Origin: Mobula hypostoma
Taxonomy: Eukaryota
NCBI RefSeq assembly: GCF_963921235.1
Contig: NC_086108.1
Location: 116,500,001 to 116,564,000 of the forward strand
Reading direction: 5' to 3'
Length of the DNA: 64,000 nucleotides
Under the pieces are notes generated by a model. The model had not been told where the DNA came from and made no database searches. It worked only from the letters and a program-made list of their open reading frames with translations. Every line of letters starts with the position of its first letter. Position 1 is the first letter of the stretch. The position numbers were made by a program, and so were the translations under genes. This document shows positions 13,249 to 24,500 of the stretch, piece by piece.

Positions 13249-13881
13249 TGTTACGAACTGTAACATTTTAGAAACGAACCAGTAGCAACAGATTACACAT
13301 GGAGACTGGTTTTAATGTTAAAACCACTATCTTTATTAGTAACTACCTATAATATAGTAACTTAAGCAAGATAAACGTAAGTTTACGGTGTTACGTGTAT
13401 ATATGTGTGTAAATATAACTATTGAGCTTGTGGGGAACAAGGCTTAGAGTCTTGAGATGGTACAGTAGGAAAGTTCAGTAATCCACGAAATAAATGATGG
13501 GAGAGAGGTATTTGTAATCCAAGGTGAAACATAGAGAAAAGATAAGTACGAAGTATTCCACAGATTCCACGCTGGTAAAACAAGATAACAGTCTCTGTAG
13601 GTCTTGTCTGATGTGTCGTTCCAAATCCACATATGAATTGTCACCGAAAGTGACCTGTCACGGGAATATTGTCTTCCAGTGGTTACCACACAACATACTC
13701 AGGCAAGGGCTACACAAGTGGTCCCACAAGATATCCCAAAATCCACTCCTATGGATTGTACGAAGTGACAGTCACACATACATTATGCACTCCGTGCCGA
13801 TGTTTAACCCACCCTTGTTGGCATAAGAGAGTTCCAAGCCTCAGCTGTGACAAGCTGAAGCTACTGGCTTCCTCTTTCTCC

Positions 13882-13971
<90 letters not shown>

Positions 13972-13985
13972 CTCTCTCTCTCTCT

Positions 13986-14045
<60 letters not shown>

Positions 14046-14146
14046 GTTTCAGTTCACAGCAGCCTGTGACTGATGTCATAGTCCCCCTCACTTAGACGTT
14101 CTTAAAGAAACAGTCCACAGTAAACGAAACCTGTGGGTTCGTAACA
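13249..14146 (-). mobile_element. 5' LTR of the Gmr1-type Gypsy element
   Basis: TGTTACG...CGTAACA termini, followed on the minus strand by the PBS and gag. Homologous to 8016-8813. Confidence 0.93.
13869..14046. repeat. (CT)n-(TA)n compound microsatellite inside the LTR
   Basis: Read directly from the sequence. The SLSLSL ORF is an artefact of this repeat. Confidence 0.98.
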
Positions 14147-14255
14147 GGATGAATTCACAAATAACGTTGGTTACACACTAACGTACTATCCCTTCATCAA
14201 CACGACCTTTCAGTCAAGTTAAAGTGGTGTTTAGTGTCATATGCACAAGTACATA

Positions 14256-15030
14256 AAGTCATAGAGAAGTAAAGTCAGAAGCAGGCCTTTCAGCCCATCA
14301 AGTCCATGCCAAAGCCATTTAAACTACCTGCTTCCATCGACCATCAACAGAACCATAGCCCTCCATACCCTAATGCAGTCTCACCCACCTCAGTGGCAAA
14401 AGACTGCTTGCATTTACCCTATCTATACCCCTCATAATTTTCTATACCTCTATCAAATCTCCTCTCAATCTTCTATGTTCTAAGGAATTCAGTCCTAACC
14501 GATTCAATCTTCCCTTTTAACTCACATCCTCCAGACCCGGCAACATCCTTGTAAACTTTCTCTGTACTCTTTCGGCATTTCCATTTTTCTTGTAGGTCGG
14601 TGATGAAAATGGCACACAATACTCCAAATTAGGCCTCACCAACACTTTATACAATTTCAACATAACATCCCAACTTCTGTACTCAATGTATTGATTTGTA
14701 AAGGCTAATGTGCCAAAAACTTACTTTATGAACCTACCAACTAGTGACACCACTTTCAATGAACTATGAGCCTATATTCCGATATCCCTTTGCTCTACCA
14801 TACACCTCAGTACCCACTGTTCACTGTGTAAGACCCACCCTGGTTGATCTTACCAAAGTGAAAAACCTTGCACTTGTCTTCATTAAACTCCATCTGCCAT
14901 TTCTCAGCCCATCTTTCCAGCTGATGCAAATCCCACTGCAAGTCACAATAGCCTTCTTCCGTGTTCACGACATGCTCAATCTTGGTGTCATCTGCAAATT
15001 TGCTGATCTAGTTAACTGCATTATCATGGT
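14256..15030 (-). mobile_element. Old CR1 3' fragment
   Basis: Homologous to the other CR1 RT C-terminal and 3' ends (KFADD, RP-LEYC regions), with many stops. Confidence 0.82.
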
Positions 15031-16590
15031 CATGGATATAAATCAGCTTCCTAACCATTTTCAGCCCAATGTGCCCCTGAAGCACCCTCATACTTCCCAA
15101 CACACCCTTAAAGCACCTTCATACCTGCCAATGCCCCTCTTAGGCACAATATTCTTTCTGGCACCCCTATAGTGTAAAAACATGTCTACCATATGCTAAC
15201 ATGTGAAAAAAAGATTCTGCTTTAGTTTTTTTTATTTTTCTTTAAACCAAGCTTACACAGTACCTGTGTGCTGTACAGCAGCTTCAACATCAATGTGATT
15301 TTTGAGGCTGATGGCTCTTAGCAAGAGTTGAAATATCTGGTTCATGTTATGACAGCAAAAAACTTAAGTTCCCATGCGTAACAATGTCCATTCAGGTTCA
15401 CTGCACTGAAATCTCTTTCAACAAGGTAGGAGGATGAAAATGTAATGAAGAGAAGTTTGGCTCTTCTCCAAAGACCAGGCACCATCAGATGACAGTGTAG
15501 TCACATGCCACAAAAGCCAACATTTTTGAAAACCATTTTTGCTTCTTCAGCATTCTCAATTTTGATGGTTTCTTCTTGGACGCTCTTTTCCTGTTCCTCC
15601 ACCTTGGAAAGAAATGGGTTAATTACCCTGCCCAGAATTTCCAGATCTTTCGAAATCTTGAATTGGTGCTGAAAATCCTTCTTCAGTGACTGGAGGCATT
15701 AGCAGTACACTTGCAAATCACCATCTGTGAATGAGAGAGCTGTATTTTCCATGAAGGGAAAATGTGAGAACATTCTTCTCCCAATATTTTGCTTGTATAT
15801 TTCTAATGTTCCAATGAAAGGGACACTGCAATTTTTTTCTGGATTAAATTTAAATTCTCATGTTTAGTGTCATTTCACATGGCTTTAGACCACCATGACA
15901 ACACAAACATCTATGTCAGGATGCTGTTCATCGACTATAGCTCAGCATTTAATACCATCATTCCCACTATCCTGATTGAGAAGGCTTTAGATGTTACAGA
16001 AAGGAGAGGGAGGGAGGCAAAAGGGAGGGGTGTGTTGCACTGCTGATCAGAGATAGTGTCACGGCTGCAGAAAGGGAGGAAGTCATGGAGATATTGTCTA
16101 CTGAGTCTCTGTGGGAGGAAGTTAAAAACAGGAGGGGGTCAATAACTCTACTGGGTGCTTTTCAATACATCACACAATAACGACAGGGACATCGAGGAGC
16201 AGAGAGGGAGACAGATTCTGGAAAGGTGTAATAATAACTGGGTTGTCGTGAGAGATTTTAATTTCCCAAATATTGATTGGCATATCCCCAGAGCAAGGGG
16301 TTTAGATGGGGTTGTGTTTGTTAGGTGTGTTCAGAAAGGTTTCCTGACACAAAATGTAGATAGGCCTATAAGAGGAGAGGCTGTTCTTGATCTAATATTG
16401 GAAAATAAACCTGGTCAGGTGTCAGATCTCTCAGTGGAAGAGCATTTTCAAGATAGTGATCACAACTCTTATCTCCTTTACCATAGCATTAGAGAGGGAT
16501 AGGAACAGACAAGTTATGAAATCATTTAATTGGAGTAAGGGGAAATATGAAGCTATCAGGCAGGAATTTGGAAACATAAATTGGGGGCAG

Positions 16591-19500
16591 CTGTGTATAT
16601 ACATCTATTGATGCTTCTGGACATATCTTCAGTGGTGTTCCTGGAATCATTGGGTGTTTCGGGTCTTTCAACATCATACACCCTCCTCCAGGTGACCCAG
16701 CCGGGGCTGATCAGACCCCAGCTTGTGTCCAGACGGCTAGCTACTTATGACTCCATGGCTCCCCCCTTTTGAGCCACAGCTATCTTGGGGCCCTCTCTGC
16801 CGCATCGGTGGTACTGCGGATGGCTCTCCTCTTCCACTCTTCTCCGATGCCCAAAATGCTGAAGGCTCTAACTAAGGAACGGGCTACGAATCCCCTATAA
16901 CCAACCTCCACTGGGAGACACCTCGCTCTCCATCCAGCCTGCTGACAGTTGCTGACCAGTCCTGTGTACTTAGAGAGCTTCTTTTCCAAGGCCTCTTCCA
17001 AGCTATCTTCCCATGGGACTGTCAGCTCCAGCAGCACCACTTGCTTAGTCGACTCAGACACTAGGACAATGTCTGGTCGCAGGGTGGTGGCTGCGATATG
17101 GTTGGGGAATTTCAGCTGCCGTTTGAGGTCCAGCAACAGCTGCCAGTTCCTTGCAGAGGTCAGAATGCCTGCAGATGTTCTTTTGGCAGGTATTGGCTGC
17201 GCCCTAGCTCTGACAAAGGCAATGGTCTGCTTGGAGGGTCGGGACCGCTTCGCCCACTCAACTCCTGCGCTGACGGCTTCAGCGATGGTCTTCCGGACCT
17301 GATCATGCCTCCATCGGTACCGTCCCTCACCAAGTACTCTTGCACAGCTCCTGAGGATGTGCTCCAGAGTTCCTCGCTTGGAGCACAGTGGGCACGCAGA
17401 TGACTCTGCCTTGCCCCTCGTGTGCAGGTTTGATGGGCTTGGAAGCACATCGTACACTGCCTGGATGAGAAATTGGATGCGGTGTGGTTCGGTTTTCCAA
17501 AGATCAGCCCAGGTCACTTTCCTCTCAACCGCATTCTCCCATCTTGTCCAAGCTCCCTATGGCTTCATTCCCACCGCCTTGCAGGCTCTCATCTCCTCCA
17601 CTACTGCTCTCACCTCCTCCTGAACGAGACGATGCCTTTCCTTCCCTCTGGTGTCCATTTGGGGAGTTGGAAAGGATCCTAGCAAGCTTGGCCTCGTGTG
17701 ACCACTCCCACCAGCCTCCTGTGACACAGCCTCGCCTCTGCTTCCTGAACAGCTTCCTCTGCCCTCCACTTCCTGCCAGTACTTACTGGGATCCCTGCTC
17801 TAGCCACCTTCGGGTCACTTGAGACCCTATAGAACATAGAACATAGAATAGTACAGCACAGTACAGGCCCTTCGGCCCACAATGTTGTGCCGACCCTCAA
17901 ATGCTGCCTCCCATATAAGCCCCCACCTTAGATTCCTCCATATACCTGTCTAGTAGTCTCTTAAACTTCACTAGTGTATCTGCCTCCACCACTGACTCAG
18001 GCAGTGCATTCCACACACCAACCACTCTCTGAGTAAAAAACCTTCCTCTAATATCCCCCTTGAACTTCCCACCCCTTACCTTAAAGCCACGTCCTCTTGT
18101 ATTGAGCAGTGGTGCCCTGGGGAAGAGGTGCTGGCTATCCACTCTATCTATTCCTCTTATTATCTTGTATACCTCTACCATGTCTCCTCTCATCCCTTAA
18201 TCTCTGATCATAATGCATACTCTCTAAACCAGGCAGTATCCTGGTAAATCTCCTCTGTACCCTTTCCAATGCTTCCACATCCTTCCTATAGTGAGGTGGC
18301 CAGAACTGGACACAGTACTCCAAGTGTGGCCTAACCAGAGTTTTATAGAGCTGCATCATTACATCGCGACTCTTAAACTCTATCCCTCGATTTATGAAAG
18401 CTAACACCCCATAAGCTTTCTTAACTACCCTATCCACCTGTGAGGCAACTTTCAGGGATCTGTGGACATGTACCCCGAGATCCCTCTGCTCCTGCACACT
18501 ACCAAGTATCCTGCCATTTACTTTGTACTTTGCCTTGGAGTTTGTCCTTCCAAAGTGTACCACCTCACACTTCTCTGGGTTGAACTCCATCTGCAGCATC
18601 TATACTGTAGCACTTCTCTGGCTCTTGTTACCTTGAATTCTTCCTCCAAGGATTTGAAGGGCAGTTGCAGTTTGTTGTGGTGTCCATAGAGTGCGATGCT
18701 GCTTAGGCTCTTTGGCAGCCCCAGCCATCTCCTGGGGTGGTTGCTAACCCTCCCCTCTAAGGTTTCGACTGTTGAGATTGGAACTGCATAGACGAGGAGG
18801 GGCCACAGGATTCTGGGAAGAATGCCATGCTGATACACCCAGGCTTTAAACTTCCCAGGTAGGCCAGACTTGGCCACAGATTTCAGCCAGCCATCCAACT
18901 CGGTGCAGGTTGCCTGAATGGATGTTGTGTCCCTTAAAGAGCTGTTAAAAACTTTGCCTAAGCTCTTGACTGGCTTCTCTGTGATGGTTGGGATGGCTGT
19001 GCCTGCGATGCTGAACCGAAACTTGTTCTCCATCTTCCCTTTCCTCAGCACCGTTGATTTTCATTTGGCAGGTTTGAAACACATCCGGGCCCACTCCACC
19101 AGCTTTTCGAGCCCTTGCAGAATCCTCCGGCAGCCTGGGACTGATTCTGTGGTGACTGTGAGGTCATCCATGAATGCCCTGATAGGTGGTTGCTGTTGAG
19201 CGGAATTCATTCTGGGCCCTCTGCACTCTGGTTCAGCAGACTTAGTGAGCATGTTCATGGCTGGGGAGAACAGTGTCACTGAGATAGTGCACCCTGTGAT
19301 GATGCCGACCTCCACCTTGTGCCAGGTTGATGTAATTGCTCCTGAAGAGACCCTCATCCTGAAGTTGCTGTAATAATCAGCGATAAGGTCTCTGATTCTG
19401 CTGGGGACGTGATATTTGGTCAGTGTGAGCTGCACCAGCTTGTGCGGAATGGAGCCATATGCATTTGCCAGGTTGAGCCACAACACTGACAGGTTGCCCT

Positions 19501-21027
19501 TGTTCTCTCTGGCCTCCCTGATGAGCTGTGTCACCACACAAATGTGCTCCAGACAGCCCAACATCCCTGAAATTCCACCCTTCTGGACTGATGTATCAAT
19601 ATAGGTGTTCTTTGCGAGGCAGGTGCACAGCCGGTTAGAAACGGCACTGAAGAAGATCTTCGCCTCGACACACAGCAGGGAGATGATGCAAAACTGATCT
19701 ATCTGGGTGGCATTTTCCTCCTTCGGGATCCACACCCCTTCAGCCACTCTCCACTGTTCTGGGATCTTCCCCCTTCTCCAGAAGGTTCTCAGGATCTTCC
19801 ACAGATGCAGCAGGAGTTTGGGGCAGTTCTTGTACACTTTGTACGAGGTGTTGCTTGGTCCTGGAGCCGAGCTTGCCCTTGCTTTGCGGACGACCTCTCT
19901 GACTTCCTTTAGTTGCAGCTCTGACACATCGAGCTGCACATCCGGTTCAGGTGGGTCTATTAGGATGTCGCACTCTCCCAACTCCTGCTCTCTTTCAGGA
20001 TCATTATATATCTTCTTCAGATGTTGGTCTTTGTCTTCCTGCGAACAGGCCAGTTTCCCACTGCGCTTCTCCCCCAGCAACTCCTTGGTGAACTTGAAGG
20101 GGTTGGCGATAAAGGCAGCACGTTTTCGAGCCCTTTCACGACGCCGCCTCCGATGCCACTCTGCCCGGTGGAGGACCCTGATCTTCTTTCGTAGTATCCA
20201 CATCAGCTGGGCCAAGCCAATGCACTCCTCTTCTCCTGCTTCCTTGTATTGGGACTTCAGCACTTTAATCTCCTGCCTGATGTTGTGGATCCTTGATGCT
20301 CTTTGGTTCTTCGAGTAAGATGTTTTGGAGCCTTCCTTCTCCTCTTCTCCAGACCGTTCAGCTGCGATACTGACAATAATTGTTGTCATGGCTTGTAGCT
20401 TCCTATCAACCCCCCCCCCCCTTCGCCATTGCCTCCAGGATTTGGTTAACATCTTCATCAAACTGCTTCCACAGTGAAGTCATGTTAGCTGCAGGCCATT
20501 TGATCCGCCTCCTGTTAGACTTCATGTTCGAGGGATTAGTTTGCAACACTTGGAGGTTCCGGGCACCATGGGGTGACTCCGGGCCTGGCCTCTCCTTCGT
20601 CTCACCAGGTTGGACACCTGCACGTTGTGCTGCTCCTGCTCCCGCCAAACACTTCACCCTCGCTTGGTGGATCTTCAAGCCGCGATTGTTCTTGCAGATT
20701 TTGCCACATGCACACTGCTTCCTCATCGTCGTTTGTTCATTGCCTGGGTCTGATGTCGTTGTGTCCATGCGACTGGGGTGCTCATCCTCCCCCCCTCTCG
20801 GGCACCCCTGGGGGTATCTTTCCCTTAGATTCATTGTAGCTTTTGTGGGGGTCCTCCTCTCAGAGGACGCAGATTAGGTTGCCAGCCCGTTCTGCCCCGG
20901 TTACCGTCTCTCCGGGCTGTCACTGACTCTCCAGTCGTCACCACTCTTTTCGCGGTTGTCACCCAGTCTTTCCTGGTTGTCACTGATGAACTCAGGGTGT
21001 AAACTGTGTACATACATCTACTGATGC
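16591..21027 (-). mobile_element. Near full-length HERO-clade (R2 group, restriction-like endonuclease) non-LTR retrotransposon
   Basis: ATG at 20834; N-terminal zinc finger CACGKICKNNRGLKIHQARVKC; RT (SAPGP, AYGSIPH, GCTIS, AFMDD); C-terminal CPLC...EHILRSC and RPDIVL...LLELTVPWE (PD-D/ExK). A few frameshifts and one CR1 insertion. Confidence 0.92.
17832..18599 (-). mobile_element. 5'-truncated CR1 inserted in the HERO ORF
   Basis: TSD CTATA (17827-17831, 18600-18604); (TTCTATG)n tail; same subfamily as 33380-34823. Confidence 0.92.
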
Positions 21028-21371
21028 AGATATTCTCAGGGAAATATACGGCAGAAATGTGGCAAATGTTCAGGGGATATTTGCGTGGGGTTCTGCATAG
21101 GTATGTTCCAATGAGACAGGGGAAGGACGGTAGGGTACAGGAACTGTGGTGTACAAAGGCTGTTGAAAATCTTGTGAAGAAGAAAAGAAGAGCTTAAGAA
21201 AGGTTCGAAAAACTAGGTAATGATAGAGAACTAGAAGATATAAGGCTAGCAGTAAGGAGTTTAAGAATGAAATTAGGAGAGCCAGAAGGGGCCATGAGAA
21301 GGCCTTGGTGAGCGGGGTTTAAGGAAACCCCAAGGAATTCTACAGGTATGTAAAGAGCAAGAGTATAAGAC

Positions 21372-21573
21372 ATACAGCTGTGGAAGCCTGATCATTGAGG
21401 GTGTTTAAGGAGGGGATTGATAGGTATCTAATTAGTCAGGGTATCAAGGGATATGGGAAAAAAGCCAGAAATTGGAACTAGATGGGAGAATAGTTTAGCT
21501 CATGGTGGAGTGGCGGAGAAGACTTGATGGGCTGAATGGCCTGCTTCTGCTCCTTTGTCTTGTGTGATCTTGT
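21372..21573 (+). mobile_element. Short CR1 3' end inserted in a CR1
   Basis: CR1 3' terminal sequence flanked by an imperfect duplication ATAAGAC/ATAGGAC. Confidence 0.75.
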
Positions 21574-24500
21574 GATAGGACGTGAGAGAATAGGACCAAT
21601 CAAGTGTGACAGTGGAAAAGTGTGTATGGAACCAGAGGAGATAGCTGAGGTACTTAACAAGTACTTTGCTTCAGTATTCACTACGGAAAAGGATCTTGGC
21701 AATTGTAGGGATGACTTACATCAGCTTGAAAAGCTTGAGCACATAGACATTAAGAAAGAGGATGTGCCGGAGCTTTTGGAAAACATCGTTGGATAAGTCA
21801 CCAGGACCAGACGAGATGTATCCCAGGCTACAGTGGGAGGCGAGGAAGGAGATTGCTGAGCCTCTGGCGATGGCCTTTCATCATCAATGAAGATGGGTGA
21901 GGTCCTGGAGGGTTAGAGGGTTGGAGATGTTGTTCCCTTGTTCAAGATAGCCCAGGGAATTATAGACCCATGAGTCTTACTTCAGTGGTTGGTAAGTTAA
22001 TGGAAAAGATCCTGAGAGGCAGGATTTATGAACATTTAGAGAGGCATAATATGATTAGGAATAGTCAGCATGACTTTGTCAAAGGCAGGTCGTACCTTAT
22101 GAGCCTGATTGAATTTTTTTAGGATGTGACTAAACACGTTGATGAAGGTAGAGCAATAGATGTAGTGTATATGGATTTCAGCAAGGCATTTGATAAGGTA
22201 CCTCATGCAAGGCTTATGGACAAAGCAAGGAGGCATAGGATCCAGGGGGACTTTGCTTTGTGGATCCAGAACTGGCTTGCTCACAGAAGGCAAAGAGTGA
22301 TTGTAGATGAGTCATATTCTGCATTGAGGTTGGTGACCAGTGGTGTGCCCCAGGGATCTGTCTGGAACCCCTTCTCTTTGCGATTTTTATAAATGACCTG
22401 GATGAGGAAGTGGAAGGATGGGTTAGTAAATTTGCTGATGACACAAAGGTTGGAGGTGTTGTGGATAGTGTGGAGGGTTGTAGGAGGTTACAGCGGGACA
22501 TGGATAGGATACAAAACTGGGCTGAGAAGTGGCAGATGGAGTTCAACCCAGATAAGTGTTAGGTGGTTCATTTTGGTAAGTCAAATATGATGGCAGAATA
22601 TAGCATTAATGGTAAGACTCTTGGCAGTGTGGAGGATCGGAGGGATCTTGGGGTGAGTCCTTAGGACACTCAAAGCTGCTGCGTAGGTTGACTCTGTGTT
22701 TAAGAAGGCATACAGTGTATTGGCCTCCATCAATGATGGGATGGAGTTTAAGAGCCGAGAGGTAATGTTACAGCTATATTGGACCCTGGTCAGACCCCAC
22801 TTGGAGTACTATGCTCAATTCTGGTCACCTCACTATTGGAAGGATGTGGAAATCATTGAAAGGGTGCAGAGGAGACTTACAAAGATCAGGGAACATGCCT
22901 TATGAGAATAGGTTTTGTGTACTTGGCCTTTTCCCCTTGGAGTGACGGACAATGAGAGGTGACCTAATCGAGGTGCATAAGCTGATGAGAGGCATTCATT
23001 GTGTGAATGGTCAGAGGCTTTTTTCCCAGGGTTGAGAGCACAGTTTTAAGGTACTTGGAAGTAGGTACGGACAAGATGTCACGGGTAATATTTTTTATGC
23101 AGAGAGTGGTGAGTGCTTGGAATAGGCTGCTGGCGATAGTGATGGAGGTCGATGCGATAGGGTCGTTTAAGAGATTCCTGGATAGGTACATGCAGCTTGG
23201 AAAAATAAAGGGCTGTGGATAACCCTCAGTAATTTCTAAAGTAAGTACATGTTCGGCACAGCATCATGTGCCAAAGGGCCTGTATTGTGCTGTAGTTTTT
23301 CTATGTTTCTATGTTTCTAGAACGCAGGGCTCTGTACCTCCCTTTGCAATTTGATCCTCGACTTCCTAACCGGAAGAACGCAATCTGTACGGATTGGTGA
23401 TATCATCTCCTCCTCAACACTGGTGCATCTCGGGTGTGTGCTTAGCCCACTGCTCTGCTCTCTGTATATCCATGACTGTGTGGCTAGGCATAGCTCAAAT
23501 ACCATCTGTAAATTTGCCGAGGATACAACCTTTACTGGTAGAATCTCCGATGGAGATGAGAGGGCGTACAGGAGTGAGATATACCAGCAGTGGAGTGGTC
23601 TCGCAGCAACAGCCTGGCACTCAACGTCAGTAAGACGAAAGAGCTGATTATGGACTTCAGGAAGAGTGAGACGAAGGAACACATACCAATCCTCATAGAG
23701 GGATCAGAAGTGAAGAGAGTGAACAGTTTCAAGTTCCTGGGTGTCAAGATCTCTGAGGATCTAACATGGTCCCAACATACAGATGCAGTTATAAAGAAGG
23801 CAAGACAGTTGCTATACTTCATTAGGAGTTTGAAGAGATTTGGCATGTCAACAAATACACTCAAAAACTTCTATAGATGTACTGCGGAGAGCATTCTGAC
23901 AGGCTGCATCACTGTCCGGTATGGAGGGCCTACTGCACAGGACCGAAAGAAGCTGCAGAGGGTTATAAATTTAGTCGGCTCCATTTTGGGCACTAGCCTG
24001 CAAAGTACCCAGGACATCTTCAGGGAGCAGTGTCTCAGAAAGGCAGTGTCCATTATTAAGGACCTCCAGCACCTAGGGCATGCCCTTTTCTCACTGTTAC
24101 CATCAGGTAGGAGATACAGAAACCTGGAGACACACACTCAGTGATTCAGGAACAGTTTCTTCCCCTCTGCCATCCGATTCCTAAATGGACATTGAACCAT
24201 TAGACTTTACCTCACTTTTTAAATATATATGATTTCTGTTTTTTGCACAATTTTAATCTATTCAATATATATGTATACTGTAATTGCTTTACTTACTTAT
24301 TTTTTTCTTCTATATTATGTATTACATGGAACTGCTGCTGCTAAGTTAACAAATTTCATGACGCATACTGGTAATAATAAGCCTGATTCTGATTTTGAGC
24401 ATTTTGTCATACAGGTTGGCTAGGTATGTCATATCTCCATGTTAAGTCTTGTTTCCCAAGCTCATCAACTTTGAGCAAAAATTCAACCACAGAGTCAGAA

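Larger units (their letters stand above)
15984..23319 (+). mobile_element. CR1 LINE (EN-RT, degenerate), split by the HERO element and a short CR1
   Basis: Endonuclease DFNFPNIDW...SDH (16155..16502). Resumes at 21030, with RT motifs at 21900-22900 and a (TTCTATGT)n tail at 23299-23319. Confidence 0.92.
15876..24395 (+). mobile_element. Rex1/Babar LINE (5'-truncated), split by a CR1 insertion
   Basis: 15876-15983 [18 protein letters not shown] resumes at about 23317 with [12 protein letters not shown]...[11 protein letters not shown] 23590..24144 KELIMDFRK...FKFLG. (GATTCT)n tail at about 24385. Confidence 0.9.

Noticed and set aside
13669..14073. 134-aa SL-repeat ORF
   Set aside because: It is a translation of the (CT)n microsatellite in an LTR.
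16616..16733. Permuted hammerhead in the HERO 3' UTR (CUGAAGA and GAAAC are both present)
   Set aside because: The two core segments are not joined by a stem II in the required geometry. The k-turn/pseudoknot model fits better.
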